Shown piece after piece: positions 38,938 through 48,397 of a DNA stretch of 64,000 bases (within the stretch, counting starts at the first letter, position 1; every line of letters begins with the position of its first letter). The position numbers were made by a program, and so were the translations under genes. The stretch is taken from positions 32,001 through 96,000 of the forward strand of contig JAKFCT010000014.1 of assembly GCA_036676495.1 (NCBI GenBank), read 5' to 3'. This stretch comes from Candidatus Sericytochromatia bacterium (lineage in GTDB: Bacteria; Cyanobacteriota; Sericytochromatia; S15B-MN24; UBA4093). The notes below the pieces were generated by a model, which did not search any database, was not told where the DNA came from, and saw only the letters and a list, made by a program, of their open reading frames with translations.

Positions 38938-39088
38938 GTGTTTTTCACCTCCTCTCAGGTGGCATTGCAAGGCGCCATTGTAACATAAGCCCGCCGAGGA
39001 AGAAAGCCCTTTCGCGCCACTTCTTAATCAAACGTTTCCCGAGGATTAGCGCGACCTCATGGCTTCGGGGGGCGACGCAAGCGCAGCG

Positions 39089-41170
39089 CTAGTTCCCGAG
39101 CCCGCTCAACCGCTCCCGGACCTCGTCCGAATGCTCTCCCCCCGACGAGCGCGACAGGTAGCTGGCATACCACTTCCGCGCCAGCTCCCGGTCCCCGCGC
39201 TCCTCCGCGATCCGCCCCAGGTAGTAGTGAGGGGGGGAAAGCGTGGGGTCCAGCCCGATGGCCGAGAGAAACTCTTCCCGCGCCGAAGCCGGATCCTTCC
39301 GATCGAACAGGGACCTTCCCAGTCGCAGGCGGAAGATCGCCGTGTCCCGCCTCACCTGGATACTCTCCGGGGGACTGCCGTCGACGGTCCGACCCAGGCC
39401 GATGGGAGCCTGGAGCTGGTTCTCGGGATTGACGGGGGCCTGAAGGCGCTCTTGCCCGGCAGCCGGCAACGCTTCGGCCAGGTGTCTTCCCTGCTGGATC
39501 GGGTACTGCACCCGATTCAGCGCCAGTAACTCCGCTTCTCGGCTCGTTTCGCGGCGCGGGGCTCCACTGGCGGTCTGCTTGCCGTACCGCACGGAGTCCG
39601 TGACTCCCGACGTGCCCACCGCCTTCTCCTGGCTGGGCTGCCCCACGGCCCCGAGGCCGCTATGCTCTCCGACGGGTGCGGCGACTCCCTCATGCGGAAG
39701 CGCCGTCCCCACGAAGCCCTCCCCGACTCGGTCACCGACGAAGGCGCCATCGGTCCGACTCCCGATCATCCCACCGCCCACGGCCTCCCCCAGAGGCCGG
39801 CCGGAGAACTCGGTATCGGGGAGATCCAAGGGGTCGAAAGCCGTGCCGCGCTCGCGGCGCGGTCCCGAGGATTGACTCCCCCCCAGGAACTCGGCGGCCC
39901 CCTGCTCGCTCGACGTGGAGGCCTGGGGGCCCTGGATGAAGGTCGACAGCCAGGCGAAATCGCCGCGGGTATAGCGGGTGGCGAAGACCAAAGCCCCGAC
40001 CAAAGAGGCTCCCGCCAGGCCGAGCAATAACAGCCGGCGGCGCGAAACGGGGGGCGCTTCCTGGGCGATCGCCGGCGGGGGCGGCGGCGGGGGCTGCTCT
40101 ACCGGGGGCAAGAGGCTCTCGGCCTCCTCGTCATAGCGTCTGGCTTGCTCGACCAGGCCTTCGAGAACCTTTTCGGCGCTGGCGAGCCGGTGGCGGATGA
40201 GCAACTCTCCCAGACGGTACGGCTGGTCGACTTGCCATGCCAGGGCCTTGGCCAGGGTCTCCCGGTCGATGACCCCGTTCGCCACGAGGATCTCGCCGAG
40301 CCGGAACCGGCCTTCGACGAGTAGGCGGGACTTCGCCTTGCGAAAGGCGTCCGCCCGGCGCACGTTCGAGGCCATGACGCTGCCGTTGGCGACGAGCACC
40401 TCGAACGCCTTGGGGCCATGCGTCTTGGCAGCTTCCCAATGCTCGCGCGTCATGGCCCCCCAGCGCATCAGCAAGGCGGGTGGGGCGTCGCGAGGCCCCA
40501 AGGGGGCATTCAGGGGGGGCAGGCCCCTCAGAGCGGCCTGCAGGATGGGCTCGGGTAAGCCGAACTCGGAGACCAGGATGGCTCCGAGGGGGCGATGCTG
40601 TCGGGCCTGAAGGCTCAAGGCCTGTTTCAAGTCTCCCTGGCTGATCCGGCGATCGCTCATAAGGCGCATGCCCAGGCGATCTTTGGGGGGACGAAAGGGG
40701 GGAAGAGGGGTGCCTGAAAGGACCGTTTCGACCATGCGGTCGAATGTGCAGGCGTCCTGGCGAACCAGCCAGGACAGGGACGTCTCTCCGTCGCGGGTCT
40801 CGCTGCGGGCCCGGGCGAGCCAAGCGGGAGAAAGGGCGCCGGACGCGATCAGCGCGGGCTCATAGCCGGCAATGGGGCGTTCGAGGGCCGCTTTGCCCTG
40901 ATTGGCGAGCGTACGGGTCGCAGGAGCGTCGGCTTCCGCCTCAACCCGGTCGAAGAGGAACCACGCCAGATCGGCCCAACCCACGCGCTCGCAGGCACGC
41001 GCGAGCATCAGGCTCAACGCCGAATCGCCAGGCGAAGCCTGGGCTGCTTTCGCCAGGTGACGCACCGCGTCGGCGAAACGCCCCTCCTTATACGCTTGTT
41101 GCCCCTCTCTGGCGTCCGTCTCGCGGCCCTCCTTTGTGGTATTATGCCCGCCTAGCACGCGTTGCGGCAT
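39089..41170 (-). CDS. TPR + tandem MshEN-like motifs + TM + C-terminal TPR protein
   Basis: N-terminal TPR (GQQAYKEGRFADAV..L.KA....P), four RLG/PLG-xxL motifs, one TM (RRRLLLLGLAGASLVGALVFA), C-terminal TPR (HYYLGRIAEERGD). Start codon uncertain. Confidence 0.72.
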   Translation of the reverse strand: MPQRVLGGHNTTKEGRETDAREGQQAYKEGRFADAVRHLAKAAQASPGDSALSLMLARACERVGWADLAWFLFDRVEAEADAPATRTLANQGKAALERPIAGYEPALIASGALSPAWLARARSETRDGETSLSWLVRQDACTFDRMVETVLSGTPLPPFRPPKDRLGMRLMSDRRISQGDLKQALSLQARQHRPLGAILVSEFGLPEPILQAALRGLPPLNAPLGPRDAPPALLMRWGAMTREHWEAAKTHGPKAFEVLVANGSVMASNVRRADAFRKAKSRLLVEGRFRLGEILVANGVIDRETLAKALAWQVDQPYRLGELLIRHRLASAEKVLEGLVEQARRYDEEAESLLPPVEQPPPPPPPAIAQEAPPVSRRRLLLLGLAGASLVGALVFATRYTRGDFAWLSTFIQGPQASTSSEQGAAEFLGGSQSSGPRRERGTAFDPLDLPDTEFSGRPLGEAVGGGMIGSRTDGAFVGDRVGEGFVGTALPHEGVAAPVGEHSGLGAVGQPSQEKAVGTSGVTDSVRYGKQTASGAPRRETSREAELLALNRVQYPIQQGRHLAEALPAAGQERLQAPVNPENQLQAPIGLGRTVDGSPPESIQVRRDTAIFRLRLGRSLFDRKDPASAREEFLSAIGLDPTLSPPHYYLGRIAEERGDRELARKWYASYLSRSSGGEHSDEVRERLSGLGN

Positions 41171-41257
41171 TAAGCCGGTGTAGAATGTCCGAACGGAGAG
41201 CAGAGCGCCTCATGGCACTCACTTCGGACACCTGGTTAAACCTTATCCAGCTTAAAC

Positions 41258-41270
41258 GTTAACCGCGTTA
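41258..41270 (+). promoter_or_regulatory. Candidate operator GTTAACCGCGTTA upstream of the CDF transporter
   Basis: Identical to the 13-mer upstream of mrp; 56 nt before the ATG. Confidence 0.5.
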
Positions 41271-41326
41271 GTCACATGTCGTCATCAAGCGATGTCAGCG
41301 CAGCACCTAGAAAGTAGATCTCCAAG

Positions 41327-42244
41327 ATGGCCGGGGACCACTCGCACGATCATCACGATCACCATCATCACGTGCACCGGGAAGGCTCCAAGAAGGCGCT
41401 CTTAGCGGTCTTCATCCTTACGAGCGTCTACATGGTCACGGAAGCCGTCGGCGGCTGGATGACCAACAGTCTGGCGCTGCTCGCGGACGCCGGCCACATG
41501 TTCACGGACGCCGCGGCGCTGGGGCTCAGTTTCGGAGCCATGTGGCTCGCGTCGCGTCCTCCGACTCCCGCGAAGTCCTTCGGGTACTACCGCTTCGAGA
41601 TCCTGGCGACGCTGATCAATGGCGCGTCGCTGATCGTGGTGGCGGGAGGCATCTTCTGGGAGGCCTTCCAGCGCCTCGGATCCGCGCCCGAGGTCGACAG
41701 CGTCCCGATGCTCATCATCGCGACGGGCGGCTTGTTCATCAACCTGGTCGGAGCCTTCATCCTGTCGCGCTCGGCGCATGACAGCCTCAACGTCAAGGGC
41801 GCTCTGGCGCACGTCCTCGGGGACGCGCTGGGCTCGGTGGCGGCCATCGTGGCGGGCCTGCTCATGTGGCGATTCGGCTGGTATCTCGCCGATCCGATCG
41901 TCTCCGCCCTGGTGGGCGTCCTCATCCTGAAATCTGCCTGGGGACTCGTCTCCATGTCGGTCGATATCCTGATCCAGGCGACGCCGCTGCATATTGATCC
42001 CGCCCGGGTGACGGACGTCATCCTCGCTTGCCCCGGCGTCCGCTCCGTCCATGACCTGCATATCTGGACCGTGACCTCCGGGATGTTCTCGCTGACCTGC
42101 CACGTCGTGGTCGACGACGTCGAGTCCAGCCAGGACGTGCTCTGCCGCCTGCGGGACTGCATGCACGAGGAGTTCCATATCGATCATGCGACCATTCAGG
42201 TCGAGACCGTCGACCAGGAAGCGTGCCACCGCCTGAACTGGTAG
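41327..42244 (+). CDS. czcD: Cation diffusion facilitator (CzcD/ZitB-type Zn/Co/Cd exporter)
   Basis: His-rich N-terminus, SLALLADAGHMFTD, GYYRFEIL, HVLGD, HDLHIW, HATIQVE. Confidence 0.93.
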   Translation: MAGDHSHDHHDHHHHVHREGSKKALLAVFILTSVYMVTEAVGGWMTNSLALLADAGHMFTDAAALGLSFGAMWLASRPPTPAKSFGYYRFEILATLINGASLIVVAGGIFWEAFQRLGSAPEVDSVPMLIIATGGLFINLVGAFILSRSAHDSLNVKGALAHVLGDALGSVAAIVAGLLMWRFGWYLADPIVSALVGVLILKSAWGLVSMSVDILIQATPLHIDPARVTDVILACPGVRSVHDLHIWTVTSGMFSLTCHVVVDDVESSQDVLCRLRDCMHEEFHIDHATIQVETVDQEACHRLNW

Positions 42245-42261
42245 CCGATCGAACGTTTGTT

Positions 42262-42294
42262 TCAAGCCCCCGTCCGGATTGGACGGGGGCTTGA
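42262..42294 (+). terminator. Intrinsic terminator after the CDF gene
   Basis: TCAAGCCCCCGTCC-ggatt-GGACGGGGGCTTGA followed by TTT. Confidence 0.65.
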
Positions 42295-42404
42295 TTTCTG
42301 AGGACGGCATGCCGCCTGAGCCCCGCCTTGATTGGCTTCTGAGGCCCACCTTTGCTGTGCTAAGATGAGAGCGAGTGCCTTTTCGGTAGCCGGGGGGAGA
42401 AGCC

Positions 42405-45400
42405 TTGTCCAAGCCGCAGTTCGTTCACTGCCACGTCCACTCCGAGTACTCGCTCCTCGACGGGGCGAGCCGCATCGGAGAATTGGTCAAGCGTGCGGCC
42501 AAGTACGAGATGCCCGCCCTGGCGCTGACCGATCACGGCGTGATGTACGGAGCCATCGAGTTCTACCGCAAGGCCAAGGAAGCGGGCATCAAGCCCTTGA
42601 TCGGCTGCGAGGCCTACGTCGCGCCGGGATCGCGCTTCGAAAAGTCCCCACCCAAGGACGGCAAGCCCTACGGCCACTTGGTCCTGCTCGCGAAGAACCG
42701 CACGGGCTACGGCAACCTGATCAAGCTGGTCTCCAAGGGCCATACGGAAGGCTTCTACCATAAGCCGCGAATCGACAAGGAGCTTCTCGAAGCCCATTCC
42801 GAGGGCCTGATCGCCCTGACGGCCTGCCTGGGCGGAGAAATCCCCCAGCATATCCTGAAGGGCCGTCACGAAGAGGCCGAGCAATCCGCCCGCTGGTTCC
42901 AGCGGGTCTTCGGGGACGACTTCTACTTCGAGTTGCAAAACCATGGGCTCGCCGAGCAACGCCGCGTCAATCAGGCGCTCCTCGAGCTTTCGGATCGCAC
43001 CGGCATCAAGGTCGCGGCGACCAACGACTCCCACTTCACCAATCCCGAGGACATGCGCGCCCACGAGGCGCTCTTGTGCATTCAGACCGGCAAGAGCCTT
43101 CTGGATCCGACCCGGCAGATGCACTACGGCCCCGACTTCTACCTCAAGACGCCCCAGGAGATGGCCGACGTCTTCCACGACACGCCCCAGGCCCTCTGGA
43201 ACACGCTCGAAATTGCCCAGAAGTGCAACCTCATCCTCGATTTCGGCCGCACCATGCTGCCGCGCTACGAGGTGCCGCCAGGCCATACCATCGAGAGCTA
43301 CCTCAACAAGCTCGCCTGGGACGGCCTCAAGGAGCGCTTCGAGACGATCACCCCGGACCTCGAGGAGCGCCTCAAGTTCGAGCTGCAGATCATCGAGCAG
43401 ATGGGCTTCGCGGCGTACTTCTTGATCGTCTGGGACTTCATCAACTACGCCAAGACCAACGGCATCCAGGTCGGACCGGGCCGCGGCTCGGCGGCAGGCT
43501 CGCTGGCCGCCTACTGCCTCAAGATCACCAACATCGACCCGGTCAAGTACAACTTGCTCTTCGAGCGCTTCCTCAACCCGGAGCGCGTCAGCATGCCCGA
43601 CGTCGATATCGACTTCTGCATCGATCGCCGCGGAGAGGTCATCGAGTACGTCGGCCGCAAGTACGGCCGCGACCGGGTCGCCCAGATCATCACCTACGGC
43701 ACCCTGGGCGCCAAGGCGGCCATCAAGGACGTCGGGCGCGTGCTGGAGCTCAACTTCAACGACACGAACCGCCTGACCAAGATGGTGCCCGAGGAGCTCA
43801 ACATCAGCCTCGCGGACGCCACCAAGGAAGGAACCGAGCTCTACGAGGAAGCCGAGCGCGACATGAAGGTCGCCGAGATCCTCGAGCTCGGCAAGAAGCT
43901 CGAAGGCATCGTCCGCAACACCAGCCTTCACGCCGCCGGCGTCATCATCTCGCGCGACCCCCTCACCGAGACCGTCCCGCTTCAGCGGGTCGGCAAGGAC
44001 GACGAGGGCATCTCCACCCAGTACGAATACAAGTACTGCGAGATGATGGGCCTGCTCAAGATGGACTTCCTGGGCCTGCGCAACCTGACGATGATGGCCA
44101 AGGCCCTGGAGTACATCAAGGAGCGCCATGGGGTCGACTACGACCTCAACTCCCAGGACTTCACCGACCCCAAGGTCTACGAGCTCTTGCGCAGCGGCGC
44201 CACGGTAGGCATCTTCCAGGTCGAGTCCGAGGGCATGACCAAGCTCATCAAGCGCCTTCAGCCCACGAACTTCGAAGACATCTCGGCCGTCCTGGCCCTC
44301 TACCGCCCCGGTCCTATCCAGAGCGGCTACGTCGACGAGTACGTCGACCGCAAGCACGGCAAGAAGGCCATCGAATACGCCCACCCCGACCTGATTCCCA
44401 TCCTTCAGGACACCTACGGCACCATGGTCTTCCAGGAGCAGATCATGCAGATCGCCCAGGTGCTGGCGGGTTACACGCTGGGCCAGGCCGACCTCCTGCG
44501 CCGCGCCATGGGCAAGAAGAAGAAAGAGGAGATGGACCAGCAGCGGGCCATCTTCCTCGACGGGACGCGCAAGCACGGAGTCACCGATGAGATCGCCAAC
44601 GATCTCTTCGATAAGATGACGAAGTTCTCCGAGTACTGCTTCAACCGCGCCCATACCGCCGCCTACGCGGTCGTCACCTACCATACGGCCTACCTCAAGG
44701 CCCATTTCCCCGCCGAGTACATGGCGGCCCTGATGAGCAGCCTCCTGGGCTCCCAGGACAAGATCCTCCTCTGCATCAACGACTGCCGGCGCATGGGCAT
44801 CAAGGTCCTGCCTCCCGACGTCAACTACTCCGGCGCGGACTTCACCGTCACCGACGAGGGGATCCGCTTCGGCATGGGCGCCGTCAAGAACGTCGGGCTC
44901 GCGGCCATCGAGGCCATCTGCGAGGCCCGCACCCGCCTCCCCGAGGGACGCTTCAAGGATCTCTACGAGTTCTGCTCCGAGGTCGACCTCAAGGTGGTCA
45001 ACCGCCGGGCGATCGAAAGCCTGATTCGTTGCGGCGCCTTCGATACCTTCGAAGGCCACCGGGCCCAGCTCCTCGCGGCCCTGGACGAGGCGATGGACCG
45101 GGCTCACCGCAAGCAAAAGGACGATGCGATCGGCCAGATCTCGCTTTTCGGCGGGGCTTCCGCACCCTTGGTCGTGGCGACTCCGAGCCTTCCCGACATG
45201 GATCCCTTCCCCGACGAGGAAGCCCTCGCCATGGAAAAGGATCTCCTGGGCCTCTACATCTCGGGACACCCGCTCTCCACCGTGCCCGTCAAGCTGGAGT
45301 GGCACACGACCCACACGGCGTATCAGCTGAACTCGTCCCAGCTGGAGATCAAGAACGTCGTGGCGGGCGGCATGCTCACGCAAACGCGGCGCATGATGAC

Positions 45401-45848
45401 CAAGAGCGGCTCGATGATGATGGCCGGCAAACTCGAGGACTTCACCGACGCCATCGACGTGGTCGCCTTTCCGCGCACCTACGAGGAGTGCTCGGCCCTG
45501 CTGCATGACGACTCCAAGGTGCTCATCAAGGGCAAGTGGGCCGGCAACGACGAGCGACCCCAGCTCTTGATCAGTCAGGTCACCCCGCTCGCCGCCATGC
45601 CGAGCCTGCACATCCAGATTCCCGGGAACGCCAGCGGCAAGCAACTCGTCATGCTCGCCGAAGCCCTTCGCCGGCACCAGGGGGACACGTCCGTCGTCTT
45701 CCATTTCGATGGACAGAGCCAACAGGTGGTCGCGAGCGACATGTTCTGGGTAACATGGAATCCGGAGCTCGAGGCGTCGCTTTCCGCCATCATCGGTCCG
45801 GATCGCCTTCGCTACCACGCCCCTGAGGCACAGCTCACCCTTGTCTAG
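42405..45848 (+). CDS. dnaE: DNA polymerase III alpha subunit (contiguous, no intein)
   Basis: HCHVHSEYSLLDG PHP domain, GRGSAAGS, PDVDIDF, KMDFLGL, C-terminal OB fold. Confidence 0.97.
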   Translation: MSKPQFVHCHVHSEYSLLDGASRIGELVKRAAKYEMPALALTDHGVMYGAIEFYRKAKEAGIKPLIGCEAYVAPGSRFEKSPPKDGKPYGHLVLLAKNRTGYGNLIKLVSKGHTEGFYHKPRIDKELLEAHSEGLIALTACLGGEIPQHILKGRHEEAEQSARWFQRVFGDDFYFELQNHGLAEQRRVNQALLELSDRTGIKVAATNDSHFTNPEDMRAHEALLCIQTGKSLLDPTRQMHYGPDFYLKTPQEMADVFHDTPQALWNTLEIAQKCNLILDFGRTMLPRYEVPPGHTIESYLNKLAWDGLKERFETITPDLEERLKFELQIIEQMGFAAYFLIVWDFINYAKTNGIQVGPGRGSAAGSLAAYCLKITNIDPVKYNLLFERFLNPERVSMPDVDIDFCIDRRGEVIEYVGRKYGRDRVAQIITYGTLGAKAAIKDVGRVLELNFNDTNRLTKMVPEELNISLADATKEGTELYEEAERDMKVAEILELGKKLEGIVRNTSLHAAGVIISRDPLTETVPLQRVGKDDEGISTQYEYKYCEMMGLLKMDFLGLRNLTMMAKALEYIKERHGVDYDLNSQDFTDPKVYELLRSGATVGIFQVESEGMTKLIKRLQPTNFEDISAVLALYRPGPIQSGYVDEYVDRKHGKKAIEYAHPDLIPILQDTYGTMVFQEQIMQIAQVLAGYTLGQADLLRRAMGKKKKEEMDQQRAIFLDGTRKHGVTDEIANDLFDKMTKFSEYCFNRAHTAAYAVVTYHTAYLKAHFPAEYMAALMSSLLGSQDKILLCINDCRRMGIKVLPPDVNYSGADFTVTDEGIRFGMGAVKNVGLAAIEAICEARTRLPEGRFKDLYEFCSEVDLKVVNRRAIESLIRCGAFDTFEGHRAQLLAALDEAMDRAHRKQKDDAIGQISLFGGASAPLVVATPSLPDMDPFPDEEALAMEKDLLGLYISGHPLSTVPVKLEWHTTHTAYQLNSSQLEIKNVVAGGMLTQTRRMMTKSGSMMMAGKLEDFTDAIDVVAFPRTYEECSALLHDDSKVLIKGKWAGNDERPQLLISQVTPLAAMPSLHIQIPGNASGKQLVMLAEALRRHQGDTSVVFHFDGQSQQVVASDMFWVTWNPELEASLSAIIGPDRLRYHAPEAQLTLV

Positions 45849-45861
45849 AAGAGGCCGTCGC

Positions 45862-46305
45862 GTGATCCGTAAGCTGCTCATCCCGATTGGTCTGCTCGTC
45901 GTGACCGGTTGCGCGCCGTTCATGGCGACGTCCCAGGAGTTCTACTACCACGATGAGACTTACGCTGTGCGCCGGACCGCCGATGCGGTGGAGGTCTTCA
46001 GCGAGGGAACCCCGCGAACGCCCTACGTCGTGCTCGGGCGTGTCGTCGCCACCCAGGGGCTGTTCGGTTCCCGGGAATCGGTGCTCGCGGAGCTGCGCGC
46101 CAGGGCCGCCGCCATGGGAGCGGACGCCCTGATCAACCTGACCGAAGCGAAGGGAGCGCTCAACGGCACCGATGCCCTCTCTTCCGAGACGACCCGCTAT
46201 AACCAGGAGGGAAACGTCTCGACCAGCGAATCCTGGAACCAGGACGCAAAGGCCTCCATTCGCCTCACGATCTCGGCATTGGCGATTCGCTATCAATCGC
46301 CCTAA
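45862..46305 (+). CDS. Lipoprotein, YbjQ-like (LG.V...L..RAAAMGADA)
   Basis: Lipobox VTGC after a GTG start; PYVVLGRV and ELRARAAAMGADALI motifs. Confidence 0.65.
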   Translation: MIRKLLIPIGLLVVTGCAPFMATSQEFYYHDETYAVRRTADAVEVFSEGTPRTPYVVLGRVVATQGLFGSRESVLAELRARAAAMGADALINLTEAKGALNGTDALSSETTRYNQEGNVSTSESWNQDAKASIRLTISALAIRYQSP

Positions 46306-46325
46306 GTCGGGCGAAACGAAGCAAG

Positions 46326-46357
46326 AGAGCCCCCTCCGAACGCTCGGAGGGGGCTCT
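46326..46357. terminator. Bidirectional terminator
   Basis: AGAGCCCCCTCCGA-acgc-TCGGAGGGGGCTCT between convergent genes. Confidence 0.65.
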
Positions 46358-46376
46358 TGGTTGCACTTAGCGCGGA

Positions 46377-47318
46377 TTAGCTCATAACGGCGACGAGCCG
46401 TCCCGTGACACCGCCCTCGTGCAAGCGATCGAGGCCCGCCGGGATCTCCTCAAAGGTGGTCGGAACGATGAGAGGCGTCAGTTTCCCGGACGCATAGAGA
46501 TCGTAGACGGCCTTGACGTCATGAACGTCTCCTCCGACGGAGCCAACGAGCTGGACCGCCTTGACGATGAGCAGGCGGGTATTGATGGTCGCTTCGAGGC
46601 GCCCCATGCCGACTTGCACGACCCGGCCGCCCGGCTTGATGACCTCGATGGCGCCCGCCGTGGTGGTGCCGAAACCGGCGAAGTCGACGATCACGTCGAG
46701 GTCCAGCGGGAACTCCCGGACGTCGGTGAAGACCTGTTTTACGCCGATCTCCGCGCCAAGGGCGCGCGCCTTCTCGCTGACGTCAGCGGCATACACCTCG
46801 GCGCCGGCAATGACGGCGATCCGGGCGCCGACCTGTCCGAGTCCGCCCAGGCCGATGATGCCGACCTTCATGCCGGCCTTGGTCTGGCCGGCGACCATGA
46901 CCGCATGGTAGGAGGTCATCCCGGAATCGGTTCCCGCCGCCGCGTACTCGAAGGAGACGTTGTCGGGAATCCTGACAATATCCTCGACCCGGGCCGTGGT
47001 TTTGTTGGCGTAGCCGCCGTCACGGACGTAGCCGGGCAGGGTAGGGGTGCTGGGGCAAACACCCACCCGGTCTCCCACCTTGAAGTCGGTGACTCCCTCG
47101 CCTACCTCGCTGATGACGCCGGCGACCTCGTGACCGAGGATGACCGGCCGCGTCGTGATGATCTCCAACCAACCCGGGTCCTCCAGGGCGCCCACATCCG
47201 AGTGACACAGGCCTGCCGCCTTGACGTCGATGACAACCTCCCCGGGCGCTGCCTTGGGATCCGGCTTCTCGACCAGCGTCAGGGGTTCACCTGTGGTAGT
47301 GAATTGCCAACCCTTCAT
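46377..47318 (-). CDS. Zn-dependent alcohol dehydrogenase (MDR family)
   Basis: GLCHSD, GHEVAG, GLGGLG; lacks the four-Cys structural Zn loop; AGGAG RBS. Confidence 0.92.
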   Translation of the reverse strand: MKGWQFTTTGEPLTLVEKPDPKAAPGEVVIDVKAAGLCHSDVGALEDPGWLEIITTRPVILGHEVAGVISEVGEGVTDFKVGDRVGVCPSTPTLPGYVRDGGYANKTTARVEDIVRIPDNVSFEYAAAGTDSGMTSYHAVMVAGQTKAGMKVGIIGLGGLGQVGARIAVIAGAEVYAADVSEKARALGAEIGVKQVFTDVREFPLDLDVIVDFAGFGTTTAGAIEVIKPGGRVVQVGMGRLEATINTRLLIVKAVQLVGSVGGDVHDVKAVYDLYASGKLTPLIVPTTFEEIPAGLDRLHEGGVTGRLVAVMS

Positions 47319-47995
47319 GAGAAGAACTCCTTTTTCGAGTGCGAGGGTCCCAAGAGGAGGGCGCGCGGCCCGAGGTGGTGGGAACCCCAAATTGTTACCC
47401 CCGTCGCGGGGACCCGGCCTGATCCAAGTCCGTTAGGCGAGTGCACGCGAAGCGGGTCTCGTCTGACCTCTTCAATGCTCGGACATCGGGAGTCGGGTGT
47501 CATCGGTAAAACCCCCTTGGGGGATATTACAGTCCCTTCACACCGTCCCGGTCATGTCCGATCCTGTCGCGGCGTTCGAAGGAGGAGGCGTAAGGCCGTC
47601 TCCCGGCATGGGAGACATAACCTATATTATCGGACGCAATTTGGCCGTCTAGGCAGGCTCGCTAGAATCGCCTGAGATCCGGTCACATCAAGGGTTTGGG
47701 GCGTTTTGCGAATCACAACCCCTGAAAACCCCGTCTTGCCGCGTGCAAGCTCCGGGAGCTTCAGCCTTGCGCGAAGTAAGCGCCATGCGTTATGTCAGGT
47801 CCGAGGCGTACGAGAGCCAGGACTCAACCCAAGGGAGCGGAGTTTTGCCTGCCTCCCAGGTCATCCTGGAATGTGAGGCCTTGAAACCCGCTGGCGATGC
47901 GCGTTTGCGCGATCGAACCCAGGGGGCTGGACAACGGCTTTACCTTATCTTAAACTAAGAACGGAATGCAACGAAGCAATGGAGAGGATCCGACG

Positions 47996-48352
47996 ATGCT
48001 GAAGCCCCTCTTGGTCGGCATGGCCGTTCTGGCGATCGCCGGTTGCGGTACTTCCGGGATCCTGATGAAGGGCAAGCCTCCGGTCATCCGAACCATCCAG
48101 GCAGAGAGCAGCGACGTTCAGGTTGGCGCCGGCATTCATCTCAAGGCTCAGGTCGTCTCGGAGTCCGAAGACCTGACTTACGCGTGGCAGGCGAATAACG
48201 GCTTGCTCGCGAAGCCGACCGAGACCACGACCCTTTGGATTGCTCCGTCCGCCGTGCCATTCAGCCCTTACCCGGTCACGATCGCCCTGACCGTCAAGGA
48301 CGAGTACGGGCGCAACGTCAAGGCGACGTATCAAATCAGGGTCCATCAATAG
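47996..48352 (+). CDS. Small lipoprotein with a PKD/Ig-like domain
   Basis: Lipobox IAGC; PPVI..., LTYAW....G, W.AP, I.LTVKD..G pattern. Confidence 0.7.
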   Translation: MLKPLLVGMAVLAIAGCGTSGILMKGKPPVIRTIQAESSDVQVGAGIHLKAQVVSESEDLTYAWQANNGLLAKPTETTTLWIAPSAVPFSPYPVTIALTVKDEYGRNVKATYQIRVHQ

Positions 48353-48397
48353 GCCCTCTCGCCCCTCTAACGAGGCCTTGCATGCTACCATGGCCCT

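Noticed and set aside
42360-45923. Very long antisense ORFs (1187 aa opposite dnaE; also 645..2510, 29972..31975, 33032..34537, 51205..52977 and others)
   Set aside because: Shadow frames of genes with strong GC3 bias; no recognisable motifs, and they mirror real genes codon for codon.
47743-47958. 71-aa ORF in the ADH-lipoprotein gap
   Set aside because: No RBS, atypical codon usage and no motifs; probably non-coding or a remnant.
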